Source: Planctomycetota bacterium
GTDB taxonomy: Bacteria > Planctomycetota > UBA8108 > UBA1146
NCBI GenBank assembly: GCA_013911165.1
Contig: JACETR010000007.1
Coordinates: 1,144-65,143, forward strand
DNA: 64,000 bases
Direction of reading: 5' to 3'
The notes under the pieces are model-generated. The model was not told where the DNA came from and searched no databases. It saw nothing but the letters and a program-made list of their open reading frames with translations. This document shows, piece after piece, positions 9,318 to 18,857 of the stretch (within the stretch, counting starts at the first letter, position 1; the number at the start of each line of letters is the position of its first letter). Made by a program: the position numbers and the translations under genes.

Positions 9318-10421
9318 TCAGTCCTTCAATGACGGCGGTGGCGGAGAATCCCCGACCAACAGCCTCGTCATGCGACTCATATCCAGCAACATCGGAACTG
9401 AAGGATCATCACTGTTAAGAATGACCTCCGGGATCTCCAGATTCTTGACTGCTTCCAATGCGAGCAGGATTCTTCCTCCTGTGGTGTCGAGAGCCTGATT
9501 ACGCAAATCATCACGTAATGCTTTTGATTTCTCGATGGCCAGATCTCCATTTGCGATGCTGATATCTCTCTCCGCATCTCCCTCTGAACGGGTCGTGCGA
9601 TCGTACAGTTGGGCCTCAGAGGAGATCGTGGCGATCTCAACCTCGAATGCTGAGCGTTTCTCCTGAATCGTCTTTTCCCATTCCCGTTCCTTGGCGAGGA
9701 CCGCTGCAGCAATCTGCCTCTTCTGGGTCTGGACCTTCTGGTCCTCCTCCGCTTGCTTTGTCAGGGCCTCCTCCAGTTTCGACTGCTGGCGCAACAACTG
9801 CTTATTCTGGAGTTTGCTCTCGTAGTCCGGAAGAAACTTGACTGCCCTAATCAACAGATCTTCGGGCTCGACGTGGAAGTTTGCCAATTCGGTGCGCAGA
9901 ACCGAAAGAGTTTCCTCTGACCGAGTCGCTCGTTTGTCGGTCAACTGGAGGTCTTCAGAGGTCAAATTCGCCAGCTCCGTACGCAACACGTCAAGGACCT
10001 GAGAGCGCACCCTCTCCACGTAGGAAAGACGCAAGCCCTGCTCTACCAACTTGTATCCGGATCCCTCAACGATTCGATAGGTCATTGAGACGTCGATGCT
10101 CACGTTGTTGTTGTCTTTGGTCCGCAGCTCAAGGGGCTGCTGCCAATCCTCGATTCCCCGCGAGATGTTTTTACTGTCACGCAGTTTTTTACCACTGACA
10201 AAATGCAGGAAATGAGTCTGGCGAGGCAAAAGATGCCAGCGGTGATAACTGGGCAATGCGAGAACCAGACCGGTTCGGAAATCTTCTTGCACGACTCCCT
10301 TGCCTGGACCGAAAACCACCTGTTTGACCCCAATGGAAGCCGGCGGGATTTTTTGTGTGACCAGCGTCAGAAGAAGCAGTCCAAGAATTACCAACGAAAG
10401 AATAACTGATAAAAACTTCAT
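9318..10421 (-). CDS. SPFH/Band 7 (HflC-like) membrane protein
   Basis: There is an N-terminal TM segment (MKFLSVILSLVILGLLLLTLV), then a Band 7 core and a long coiled-coil. The start overlaps the upstream SPFH gene stop by 4 nt. Confidence 0.85.
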   Translation of the reverse strand: MKFLSVILSLVILGLLLLTLVTQKIPPASIGVKQVVFGPGKGVVQEDFRTGLVLALPSYHRWHLLPRQTHFLHFVSGKKLRDSKNISRGIEDWQQPLELRTKDNNNVSIDVSMTYRIVEGSGYKLVEQGLRLSYVERVRSQVLDVLRTELANLTSEDLQLTDKRATRSEETLSVLRTELANFHVEPEDLLIRAVKFLPDYESKLQNKQLLRQQSKLEEALTKQAEEDQKVQTQKRQIAAAVLAKEREWEKTIQEKRSAFEVEIATISSEAQLYDRTTRSEGDAERDISIANGDLAIEKSKALRDDLRNQALDTTGGRILLALEAVKNLEIPEVILNSDDPSVPMLLDMSRMTRLLVGDSPPPPSLKD

Positions 10422-11644
10422 CGACGGTCTCCCTTCAACTCTGGAATCCCCTGGGCTCCCCCGGATTGCCCGGGAGGAAGCAAATGCTCCACGCGAACCG
10501 GTGAAGAGTCACGGCGATACGGTACCACACTGAACTTTACTCTCTGGAAGAGTCGTGCGAGCTCCTCACGGACAAGGACCTCACCCTGACGTTCCAGTGC
10601 AGCCACCCGTGCCAGCAATCCTTCTGCTTCCTTGCGGGCACTGTTTTCCAGAGCCCGTGCTTCCTGGGTCTTGCGAGACTCTTCGGCCTTGCCTGCATTG
10701 ATCTGAGTGATCTTGTAGGCGTCTGCTGATTTCTCAATCTGGACACGGTCCTTTTCAGCGTTGATTTTGTCCGCCTCCAGTTTTCCCAAGGCTTGTTCAT
10801 ATTCAGAAGCCTTGGTTCGCTCGGTTTCAGCGAGCTTGCGTTCCAGTTCATTGATCAGCTTGGCCTGTTCGATCCGCAATCGCTCCACTTCCTGATTGGC
10901 GTTTTTGCGGTCCTCAATGGCAGTCTCGACCTTTACGTCAAAACTGGGTTTGGGGGTAATGATCTGCAGAATCTCAATACCATGAACCTTGAGAAATCCA
11001 TTCAGGCGTTCCTTGGATTGGTTCGTTGCGGTGGTGTAGTTGCTGGGGTCAGCGATGTCTTCCGAAGAATATCGACCGAACTCGTCACGAAGTACTGATC
11101 TGGCAAAGGCCCTGACCCAATTCCGTTTGAACGCCTCACCGGGCCCGCTGTCCTGGAGAACCTTGGCCGCCTCTGAGGGAATCAACTGGTATTGCAGGGA
11201 GATCTCATTGAATTTGAAGGAAGAACCATCGGAAGCCCTGACCGACAACTCCCGTACATGGTTGTAATCAATATTTACATTCCCCTTCATCTGAAACTCA
11301 TTGGGAGATTTGTCCATGACATAGGCTTCGCTGAGCCAGGGCAGAAAGAAGGCCACTCCAGGCGTGATGATTACTTCTTCTTCACCGGTCAGATAGTTGA
11401 CGACCACCGCTACTTCCGTATCGGAAATGTCGACGATTCCTGCTCTGCCGGTGAGCACCAAAAAGAGGAAGACCCCCAAAATCAGAGCCAGCAAAAATCC
11501 TGGCACCGCCATCGGGTGCAAGCGGAAGTCGCCGCCTCCTGAGTTGCGGTTCCCACCGCCCCCCCCGGATCTTTTGCCTGGTTTTTCCGGTGGTGGTGGT
11601 GGCCAACTGTCCGGGATGTCATTGCCTGCAGGAACTGACGCCAT
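10418..11644 (-). CDS. SPFH/Band 7 (HflK-like) membrane protein
   Basis: It has a Gly/Pro-rich N-terminus, one TM segment, a Band 7 core and a coiled-coil. I prefer the internal ATG at 11644 (MASVPAGNDIP...). The listed ORF runs to 11710. Confidence 0.8.
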   Translation of the reverse strand: MASVPAGNDIPDSWPPPPPEKPGKRSGGGGGNRNSGGGDFRLHPMAVPGFLLALILGVFLFLVLTGRAGIVDISDTEVAVVVNYLTGEEEVIITPGVAFFLPWLSEAYVMDKSPNEFQMKGNVNIDYNHVRELSVRASDGSSFKFNEISLQYQLIPSEAAKVLQDSGPGEAFKRNWVRAFARSVLRDEFGRYSSEDIADPSNYTTATNQSKERLNGFLKVHGIEILQIITPKPSFDVKVETAIEDRKNANQEVERLRIEQAKLINELERKLAETERTKASEYEQALGKLEADKINAEKDRVQIEKSADAYKITQINAGKAEESRKTQEARALENSARKEAEGLLARVAALERQGEVLVREELARLFQRVKFSVVPYRRDSSPVRVEHLLPPGQSGGAQGIPELKGDRR

Positions 11645-11746
11645 CTTTCCCCCTGTCTGACGGGACTTCTGTTCGCAGGACATCATAGTGGTTAACGAAA
11701 AATCCCACAATGAGAACAGAGGGCCCCGGAGGGCTCCACAAGGATT

Positions 11747-12682
11747 TTATCCGAGGATTTCCTCTCCCAGCGCACTGGCGAGAATGGCAACGCCCACTTC
11801 TGCGGTTTTGTTGCCGTCGTCGAGCACGGGATTGACCTCTACCAGTTCAAGGGAACCAACCTTGCCAGTCTCGGCGATCATTTCCATCGCCAGGTGAGCC
11901 TCCCGGTAGGTGAAGCCCCCCTCCAACGCGGTTCCGGTACCCGGTGCAAATCGGGGATCGATGACGTCGATATCAAAACTCACATGAAGGTGATCGCAGT
12001 CGGCAAGAGCATGGGCGATCGCTTCCTCCAGTACCACGGGCAAGCCCCTGCGGTCGACGTCTTCCATCGTGTAGGCACGAATGTTGTTTTCGCGGATATT
12101 TCGACGTTCCCCCGGATCCAGATCACGGAGCCCAACCTGAACGATGCGGTGGGGTTCCAATTTCGTTCCGGCATAACCCACCTCGGTCAACTCACGTGGC
12201 CCATTTCCAAGGAGACAGGCGAGCGACATGCCGTGAATATTCCCTGTAGGCGAAGTGTCCGGAGTGTTCAGGTCAGCATGAGCATCGAGCCAGAGAACAC
12301 CGATTTTTGGAATCGAACCAGGGTTTTGACTGTGGTAATGACTCGCGACACCACTGATGGTTCCCACAGCCACGGAGTGATCCCCTCCCAAGACCAGCGG
12401 TAATCGACCACTGTCCAGTGCCCCCTTCACGCGATCACTCAGTTGACCGCATGTCTGGGAAATCGTCTCAAGGTAACGGGCTTTGGGATCTCCCGGCTTT
12501 TCCAGCTCAGGAATGGGAACCGCAATATCCCCTCCGTCCATCACATTCAGCTCAAGTCGCTCCAATGCCTTGGTCAGTCCAGCGATTCGCAAGGCCGTCG
12601 GGCCCATGGCGACCCCTCTTTGCCCCGCTCCGTGGTCCAAAGGTACGCCGATCAATTCAACAGGCTGATCTTTCGACTTCAT
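11747..12682 (-). CDS. rocF: Arginase (ureohydrolase family)
   Basis: GGDHSVAVGT, WLDAHADLNTP, GNIHGMSLA, SFDIDVIDP and LVEVNP are the Mn-binding and arginase signature blocks. Confidence 0.9.
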   Translation of the reverse strand: MKSKDQPVELIGVPLDHGAGQRGVAMGPTALRIAGLTKALERLELNVMDGGDIAVPIPELEKPGDPKARYLETISQTCGQLSDRVKGALDSGRLPLVLGGDHSVAVGTISGVASHYHSQNPGSIPKIGVLWLDAHADLNTPDTSPTGNIHGMSLACLLGNGPRELTEVGYAGTKLEPHRIVQVGLRDLDPGERRNIRENNIRAYTMEDVDRRGLPVVLEEAIAHALADCDHLHVSFDIDVIDPRFAPGTGTALEGGFTYREAHLAMEMIAETGKVGSLELVEVNPVLDDGNKTAEVGVAILASALGEEILG

Positions 12683-13731
12683 GGCTGACTCACTTCCAGT
12701 TCTTCTTTCAGGGCTGCGAGTTTGGAACTCATGAGATTGATCCGGGGTTTGAGATCAGCACGGGATCCATAGGCCCTGCGGTAGGTCGTCAAGGCTGTTT
12801 CAGCGGCGGTCAGATCCTTTGCGGTGATCGCTCCATCGAAAACCAGGCGCCAGTAATCGGAAAAAATGTTGACTCTGGCATCATTGAGACGGGTCCCGGC
12901 CCGATACAGTTCGAGCATCTCCCGGGAAGTATCCAGGTACAACTTTCCGCGTCCGACCTTATCCTCGGAATCCAGAGCCCTGACTTTGCGGACATATTCC
13001 TGCAAAAGGCGGTTCACCGGCTGGTAGGCATTCCAGCGCTCGAAACGGGCCAACAATTTTTTGTCGACTCCTTCAGTTTTGGCCGCCTGATCCAGTTCCT
13101 TTTCCGTGGATTTGCGTAGATCCATTATCGATTCCAGCAGCAATAGGCTCGCCTTGGCTGCGGCCTGATCTGCGGAACCTTCTTCACTGTTTTTGACCCA
13201 GGATCTCGCTTTGACCAACTCGGAGGCGACTTCCACCGCACCACGGACTCTGTTTTCTACGTTCGGTCGGAAAGCCCCCGCTGTGTCATTCCGCAAGATT
13301 ACCTGACCGTCGGCGTCCATCACCACCGTGGTCGGGAAGGATCTCGCTCCGATTTCTCTCAGCAGATCCTGATCAGGTTTGTCCTGAAGTCGAGCACTGA
13401 TATTGACGTAGGGCACAAAATCCTTGCCGGCCATTTCCTTCCACCAATCGGACTGGAGAGGACCCCTCTCCAAAGCGGTGCAAGGCGGTCATGGAGCATA
13501 GGATCGGGTGAAGTAGGCCACGATGGGCAAATTGTCCCTGCGCGCTCTTTCCACTGCAGAGTCAAGGGAGCGTTCCCATTTGACCGCCTTGAGAAAGGAG
13601 GACTCCTGCTTCTTTTTCCAGCGGCGCTCCAATTCTTCCGGCGATTGGGCTCCCAGATCACTGGAGATCAGGAAGCTTGCCGGGAGCAGGGCCAGCAGTG
13701 CGATCAATATCCGCAGACGTGAACGGGTCAT
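12679..13731 (-). CDS. Candidate selenoprotein: secreted thioredoxin-fold protein with a U-P-P-C motif and a helical C-terminal domain (350 aa, Sec at residue 81)
   Basis: The listed ORFs 13489-13731 and 12679-13473 are in the same frame, separated only by TGA (13491-13489) and 5 sense codons: ...IVAYFTRSYAP-TGA-PPCTALERGPLQSDWW... The TGA occupies the first Cys position of a thioredoxin CxxC. There is a signal peptide, MTRSRLRILIALLALLPASFL. The stop overlaps the arginase ATG (ATGA). Confidence 0.65.
13454..13472 (-). promoter_or_regulatory. SECIS-like hairpin downstream of the in-frame UGA
   Basis: On the minus strand, uggagagg-ggu-ccucucca forms a perfect 8-bp stem with loop GGU. It starts 16 nt after the UGA and lies within the coding sequence. 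Confidence 0.5.
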
Positions 13732-13821
13732 GTTTCAGGATCCTCTCGTGCGTCAAACTTGTACCACCGATCCTTCTGATCGGTGGCAGGCGGGCTCAGG
13801 TTATCATAACTTGGTCTCCAG

Positions 13822-14364
13822 ATGGGCCTAGATCGCCTTCGGACGGGGGAATGGTTGACTGAGAAGCCAAGAAAACGGAAACCGGGATTTACGGTCAGGG
13901 CTGCCGTCGAGCGCGACGATGAAATCCTCTTTTTGCGGGCAAAGGACTCCAGTTCGTCTGCAGAGGATGGCTGCTGGTATTTCCTGCCGGGAGGCCATGT
14001 CGAACATGGCGAAACCCTCGAATCCGCACTTTGCAGGGAGATCCGCGAAGAGACCGGTCTCGAGGTCGAGGGTTTGCAACCTGCCTTTTTGCGGGAGTTT
14101 ATCGCAGGCCGACACCAACGCCTTTCTCCCGAGATGCCACCCGAACTGCATGTCATCGCCCTGATCTACCGCTGCAAGGTTTCAGCGGGATCCCGGGAAA
14201 ACTTTGTTCATGGTGTCGACGGTGTCCAGGCAACCGAAGATCTGGAGTGGATCCCCCGCTCAAGGCTGCAACACCTCGATATTCGCCCCCCCCATCTCAA
14301 AGTGGCCCTCGCCACTCCCATCGAGGCGGGAACTGGAGTCGATTTTTGGGCAGAGGAAGACTGA
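13822..14364 (+). CDS. NUDIX hydrolase
   Basis: The Nudix box reads GGHVEHGETLESALCREIREETGL. Confidence 0.85.
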   Translation: MGLDRLRTGEWLTEKPRKRKPGFTVRAAVERDDEILFLRAKDSSSSAEDGCWYFLPGGHVEHGETLESALCREIREETGLEVEGLQPAFLREFIAGRHQRLSPEMPPELHVIALIYRCKVSAGSRENFVHGVDGVQATEDLEWIPRSRLQHLDIRPPHLKVALATPIEAGTGVDFWAEED

Positions 14365-14470
14365 TCTTTTCTCGGCAAAGCGTTACTGGATGCTGCGGGA
14401 AGAGCGGCTAGGATTCGTGCACGCCAGAGTTGAAAGCCCGCGAACATCGCGGAGTGGATGAGGAGGCGGG

Positions 14471-16309
14471 TTGTCCCCGACCAAAAGCGCAAAGAAAAAG
14501 AGCGCGAAGAAAAGCACCAAAAAAACGACAAAAAAGGCAGCCAAAAAAGTCGCCAAAAAGAAGGTCACGAAAAAAGCGGCTAAAAAACGATCTTCCGGAG
14601 GAAAAACCGGATCCCGATCGAAACCGGAGCAGGCGGATCTTTTCAGTCAAAGCCCCAAGGGCAAAGCCGCCAAGAGCTCTGCCCCCCGATCCAAAAAGAA
14701 GACCAAAAAATCTCGTGAGACATCTGGCGAAGAGGTCGCCTCAGCCAACAAGGCTGAGCAGCTGGCGGCCAAGCAAAAGGACATCTCCGTCAGTGAGTTT
14801 TTTGCCAAGAATCGCCACCTACTGGGTTTTGACAGTCCGGCCCGAGCTCTCCTGACCACCGTCAGGGAAGCGGTCGACAACTCTCTGGATGCCTGTGAAG
14901 AAGCAGAATACCTGCCGACGATTGTCGTCGAAGTCACGGCTGCCTCCGAGGAGCAGCACACCATTCTTGTCCGGGATAATGGGCCTGGCATCGTTCCCGC
15001 GCAGTTACCCAAGATTTTTGGTCGTCTGCTATATGGATCGAAGTTCCATGCCCGCAAGCAGACACGGGGACAACAGGGAATCGGAATCAGTGCTGCAGGC
15101 ATGTATGGAAACTTGACCACCGGCAAACCGATGGTGGTCACCAGCAGAACCTCCAGAAGAAAACCTGCCACTCAGGTCACCCTTGCCATCGACATGGCCA
15201 AAAACCAACCCGTGGTCAAAAAAGAGCGGGAAGTGGAAGTCGACTGGGCCCATGGAACCGAAATCCATATCGAGTTGGAAGGGACCTACAAAAAAGGCAA
15301 GCACTCCATCGACGCTTTCCTGGAACAGGTCTCCCTGGCCAACCCCCATGTTGAAATCCACTATAAAAACCCTGTAGATAAAGAGCCCATTATTTGGGAA
15401 CGGGTGACGAAGAAACTTCCGGAAGCCCCCATGGAAATCCTGCCTCATCCGCATGGAGTGGAGCTGGGAATCCTCATGCAAATGATGAAGGACACCTCTT
15501 CCAGAACCGTCAGCGGATTCCTGTGCAGCGAGTTTTGTCGAATGACCCCAAATGTGGTGAAAAAGGTCAGTGAGCAAAGCGAAGAATTGGGCAAGTACAT
15601 CGACACCGATCGTCACCCCCGCAGGCTGAGCAGTGCCGACGTCAAGATTCTTCACAAGTCCATCGAACAAACCAAGATGATGGCACCGCCAACCAACTGC
15701 CTCTCTCCCATCGGTGAAGATTTGATGTCGAAAACCCTTAGGCGCAACTTTGACCCCGAACTGGTCCTGACAGTCACCCGTCAACCTGCCGTCTATCGCG
15801 GCAATCCCTTTCAGGTAGAGGCGGGGATCGCTTATGGCGGAGAACTTCCCGGCGACGAGCTCGCCAGTATTTTCCGCTTTGCCAATCGGGTTCCCCTGCA
15901 ATACGAACAGGGCGCATGTGCCATCACGCAATCGATCATTTCGACCCCGTGGAAAAACTACGAAGTTCAACAGGCCCGGGGGGCATTGCCAACGGGTCCG
16001 TTGGCGATCCTGGTTCACATTGCGAGTGTGTGGGTTCCATTCACCTCGGAAAGCAAAAAAGCGGTCGCCGGATACGACGAGATCCTCAAGGAGATGCGCC
16101 TCGCCATCATGGAGGCGGGTCGGAAATTGGCGATCCACCTGCGCAAGAAACGTCGACTCGCGGATGCAGAGCGCAAGAAAGATTACATCAAGAAGTACAT
16201 TCCCCAGATCGGCATCGCCCTCCAGGACATTCTGGATTTGAGCGACAAACAGAGAACCGGAGCAGAGTCCAAACTGGCCGATGTTCTCGAAAAAAGCCGG
16301 AAGATGTAA
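14471..16309 (+). CDS. top6B: DNA topoisomerase VI subunit B with Lys-rich N-terminal extension
   Basis: GHKL/Bergerat motifs are [20 protein letters not shown] and [11 protein letters not shown]. The transducer region is conserved. The TTG start at 14471 lies 4 nt after gaggagg (14460-14466). Residues 1 to about 93 are KKxxKK-type low complexity. Confidence 0.9.
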   Translation: MSPTKSAKKKSAKKSTKKTTKKAAKKVAKKKVTKKAAKKRSSGGKTGSRSKPEQADLFSQSPKGKAAKSSAPRSKKKTKKSRETSGEEVASANKAEQLAAKQKDISVSEFFAKNRHLLGFDSPARALLTTVREAVDNSLDACEEAEYLPTIVVEVTAASEEQHTILVRDNGPGIVPAQLPKIFGRLLYGSKFHARKQTRGQQGIGISAAGMYGNLTTGKPMVVTSRTSRRKPATQVTLAIDMAKNQPVVKKEREVEVDWAHGTEIHIELEGTYKKGKHSIDAFLEQVSLANPHVEIHYKNPVDKEPIIWERVTKKLPEAPMEILPHPHGVELGILMQMMKDTSSRTVSGFLCSEFCRMTPNVVKKVSEQSEELGKYIDTDRHPRRLSSADVKILHKSIEQTKMMAPPTNCLSPIGEDLMSKTLRRNFDPELVLTVTRQPAVYRGNPFQVEAGIAYGGELPGDELASIFRFANRVPLQYEQGACAITQSIISTPWKNYEVQQARGALPTGPLAILVHIASVWVPFTSESKKAVAGYDEILKEMRLAIMEAGRKLAIHLRKKRRLADAERKKDYIKKYIPQIGIALQDILDLSDKQRTGAESKLADVLEKSRKM

Positions 16310-16319
16310 GGGAGACTGA

Positions 16320-17471
16320 ATGACGAAGAAAATCACCCGGGCTTACTTGGACAAGGTCCGCCGGGAAAACGCCAAAAAAGACAAGAAGACCATTTCCAGC
16401 ATCGAGAATGCTGCAGATGACATTTACAAAAAGATTCAGCGCAGGGGGAAACCCTTGATGCGTTTCCCTGTTCGCAGTCTCAGCAACGTCTCCTACGACA
16501 AGCGCAAGGGTTACCTCGAGATTGGCCGCGCCCGCAAGGAGCGCACCCTGACCGTCAACACCGTCAAGGGGTTCGCACAAACACTGCGCATGATGGGTCT
16601 TTCCCGGGAACTGGTGATCAACAACGATTTTGCTACCAAGCGAGACGTTTATTACCAATCCAAAAACTGGGAAGAAGCCAAGTTTGAGGACCAAACCGAA
16701 TCGGACACGGTCATGGATGACATCGAGGCGCTCTTCTCAGTCGACGATGTCAGTCGTGAGCAATTGCGCTTTGTTCCCGATGAACATGGCGGAGCTGTGG
16801 CTGGGGATCTGGTCGTCCTCGACCCCGACCTGGAATCCGGAGAGATTGAACGCATTGACTGCACACGCTTCGGCAGTGGTGCCTATTCCATCCCCACTTC
16901 CGTCGAGCATTTGAGTTTTGAAACCGGCGCCAAATTCATCCTCGCCATCGAAACCGGAGGTGTTTTCCAAAGACTGCAAAGTCACAAGTTCTGGAAAACC
17001 TCCAATTGCATTCTCGTCAATATGGCGGGAGTCCCCACCCGCTCGACCCGCCGATTCATTCGCCGACTCAGCGAACAAGCCAAAATTCCGGTTTACGCCT
17101 TCGTCGATTGCGATCCCTACGGGATCTCCAATATTTATCGAACCTTGAAGGTCGGATCGGGTAACGCCGCGCACATTAATCGCTTCTTCTGTGTTCCCAA
17201 TGCCACCTATCTGGGAGTAACCCCTCAGGACATCATCGATTACGAACTTCCAACCCACCCCTTGAAGGATGTCGATATCAAGCGTGCCAAGGACGCCCTC
17301 AAGAATGACCCCTTCTTCAAGAGCAAGAAGCAGTGGAAATCGGCGATTGAGCAATTGTTGTCGATGGGTGTCCGTGCGGAACAACAGGCTTTGGCGATGT
17401 GGGGCCTGAACTACGTCATTGAAGAATATTTGCCCCAAAAGCTGAAAAATCCGGGTAAATTCCTTCCTTGA
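16320..17471 (+). CDS. top6A: DNA topoisomerase VI subunit A (Spo11 family)
   Basis: KRDVYYQS is the catalytic Tyr motif. Toprim motifs are ILAIETGGVFQRL and FVDCDPYGISI. The gene starts 10 nt after top6B. Confidence 0.9.
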   Translation: MTKKITRAYLDKVRRENAKKDKKTISSIENAADDIYKKIQRRGKPLMRFPVRSLSNVSYDKRKGYLEIGRARKERTLTVNTVKGFAQTLRMMGLSRELVINNDFATKRDVYYQSKNWEEAKFEDQTESDTVMDDIEALFSVDDVSREQLRFVPDEHGGAVAGDLVVLDPDLESGEIERIDCTRFGSGAYSIPTSVEHLSFETGAKFILAIETGGVFQRLQSHKFWKTSNCILVNMAGVPTRSTRRFIRRLSEQAKIPVYAFVDCDPYGISNIYRTLKVGSGNAAHINRFFCVPNATYLGVTPQDIIDYELPTHPLKDVDIKRAKDALKNDPFFKSKKQWKSAIEQLLSMGVRAEQQALAMWGLNYVIEEYLPQKLKNPGKFLP

Positions 17472-17521
17472 GAGCACAGCCGGCGTTTTGCCGCAGTTGC
17501 GTGAGGGAAGAGAGTTTGCTG

Positions 17522-18844
17522 ATGCGTCTTCAGGCATTTTTCCTTGGGGCACTTCTGTTGCTTTGCCCAGTAGTCATCTCGGCACAGCCTCAGGAATCCG
17601 GCCCCGATTCCGACCCATTGGTGGTAATTGAAACAGGGTTTGAGTGGCTTCAGGATCGAATTCCCGATGGGATGAGGTCAACAATCCTGTTTATGGAACA
17701 GTGGCAATGGTTGCTTCTGGCAGTGATCGCCATTGCCGCCTGGCTGATTCAAAAAATCAGTTCGCATATCGGTGGTTCCATTCTGAATTCCATCCTGGCA
17801 AGAGTTGGTCAGTCTGAAAAGACGACTGCCGTGATTACATCGGTCGGTAAATCACTGGGATGGTTTGCATCAGCACTGACCGTCGACCTGTTGGCTCCGG
17901 CACTCCAATTTTCACAATTTGGTGTTTCCATCATGGACGTGGTCGCACGTGCACTCGCAACCATCGGCGGTCTGCTTTTGGCCTATCGCCTGGTTGATCT
18001 TCTCAGTGCTCGCATGGAGGAGGCCGCCAGTCTCTCCGAAAGCAAACTGGACGACCAGCTGGCCCCCATGATTCGCAAAAGCCTGAAGTTTCTCGTCACC
18101 ATTGGAGCAGTGATATACCTGGTCCAGAGTACTGGAGAAGACGTGATGCCCCTTGTCACCGGTCTCGGTGTGCTCGGTATCGGTGTCAGTCTTGCTGCCA
18201 AGGACACCTTCGCCAATCTTTTTGGTTCCATCACGGTTTTCACCGATCGCCCCTTCCAACTCGGCGATTGGGTCAAGGTCGGAGGGATTCAGGGAGTCGT
18301 CGAGGAGATCGGTTTCCGTTGCACCCGGATCCGTACTTTTGAGAGCTCTCTGGTCAGTGTGCCCAACTCGGAATTGGTCAACGGCGTGATCGACAATATG
18401 GGCCAACGAAACTACCGCAGATTCAAAACCATGGTTGGTCTCCGATACGAAACCCCCGCAGACAAAATTGAAGCGTTTTGTGAAGGCGTAAAAGCGATCG
18501 CAGCTGCTCATGAGAAGATTGAAACAGAAACGGTCAGAGCGGCTCTCGTGGATTTCGGAGCATCCAGCCTGGACGTCCTCGTCAACGTTCGCTTGATCGT
18601 TGCGGATTACAACGAAGAACTTCAGGTCAAACAGCACTTCCTTCTCGAAGTGATTCGTCTTGCAGAGGAATTGGAAGTCGGGTTCGCTTTCCCATCAACC
18701 AGCCTTTACGTCGAGTCCACTCCGGAGCACCCCTTCCCCGAAGAAAAAGTGCCCTCCGGAGATCACCTCCGACAACAGGTGGAAAAGTTTGGCCCGGGAG
18801 GAGAACTCTCGAGAACTTCCGGAAGTGGAAACTTCGGTTCCTGA
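17522..18844 (+). CDS. Mechanosensitive ion channel (MscS family)
   Basis: It has a signal/TM N-terminus from the ATG at 17522 (MRLQAFFLGALLLL). The MscS core reads NLFGSITVFTDRPFQLGDWVKVGGIQGVVEEIGFRCTRIRT. The listed ORF starts at 17468. Confidence 0.85.
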   Translation: MRLQAFFLGALLLLCPVVISAQPQESGPDSDPLVVIETGFEWLQDRIPDGMRSTILFMEQWQWLLLAVIAIAAWLIQKISSHIGGSILNSILARVGQSEKTTAVITSVGKSLGWFASALTVDLLAPALQFSQFGVSIMDVVARALATIGGLLLAYRLVDLLSARMEEAASLSESKLDDQLAPMIRKSLKFLVTIGAVIYLVQSTGEDVMPLVTGLGVLGIGVSLAAKDTFANLFGSITVFTDRPFQLGDWVKVGGIQGVVEEIGFRCTRIRTFESSLVSVPNSELVNGVIDNMGQRNYRRFKTMVGLRYETPADKIEAFCEGVKAIAAAHEKIETETVRAALVDFGASSLDVLVNVRLIVADYNEELQVKQHFLLEVIRLAEELEVGFAFPSTSLYVESTPEHPFPEEKVPSGDHLRQQVEKFGPGGELSRTSGSGNFGS

Positions 18845-18857
18845 GAATAATGAAGAT

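Noticed and set aside
14430-14855. 141-aa alternative-frame ORF encoding another highly basic peptide over the top6B 5' region
   Set aside because: The A/G-rich DNA gives Lys/Arg-rich peptides in every frame. Only the frame starting at 14471 continues into the conserved Top6B core and has a Shine-Dalgarno sequence.
15029-16336. 435-aa ORF antisense to top6B, and the 271-aa ORF at 16737-17552 antisense to top6A
   Set aside because: The sense strand encodes unmistakable Topo VI motifs. The antisense translations are low-complexity with no recognisable domains. Long antisense ORFs are expected when a moderately GC-rich gene lacks stop-complement codons.
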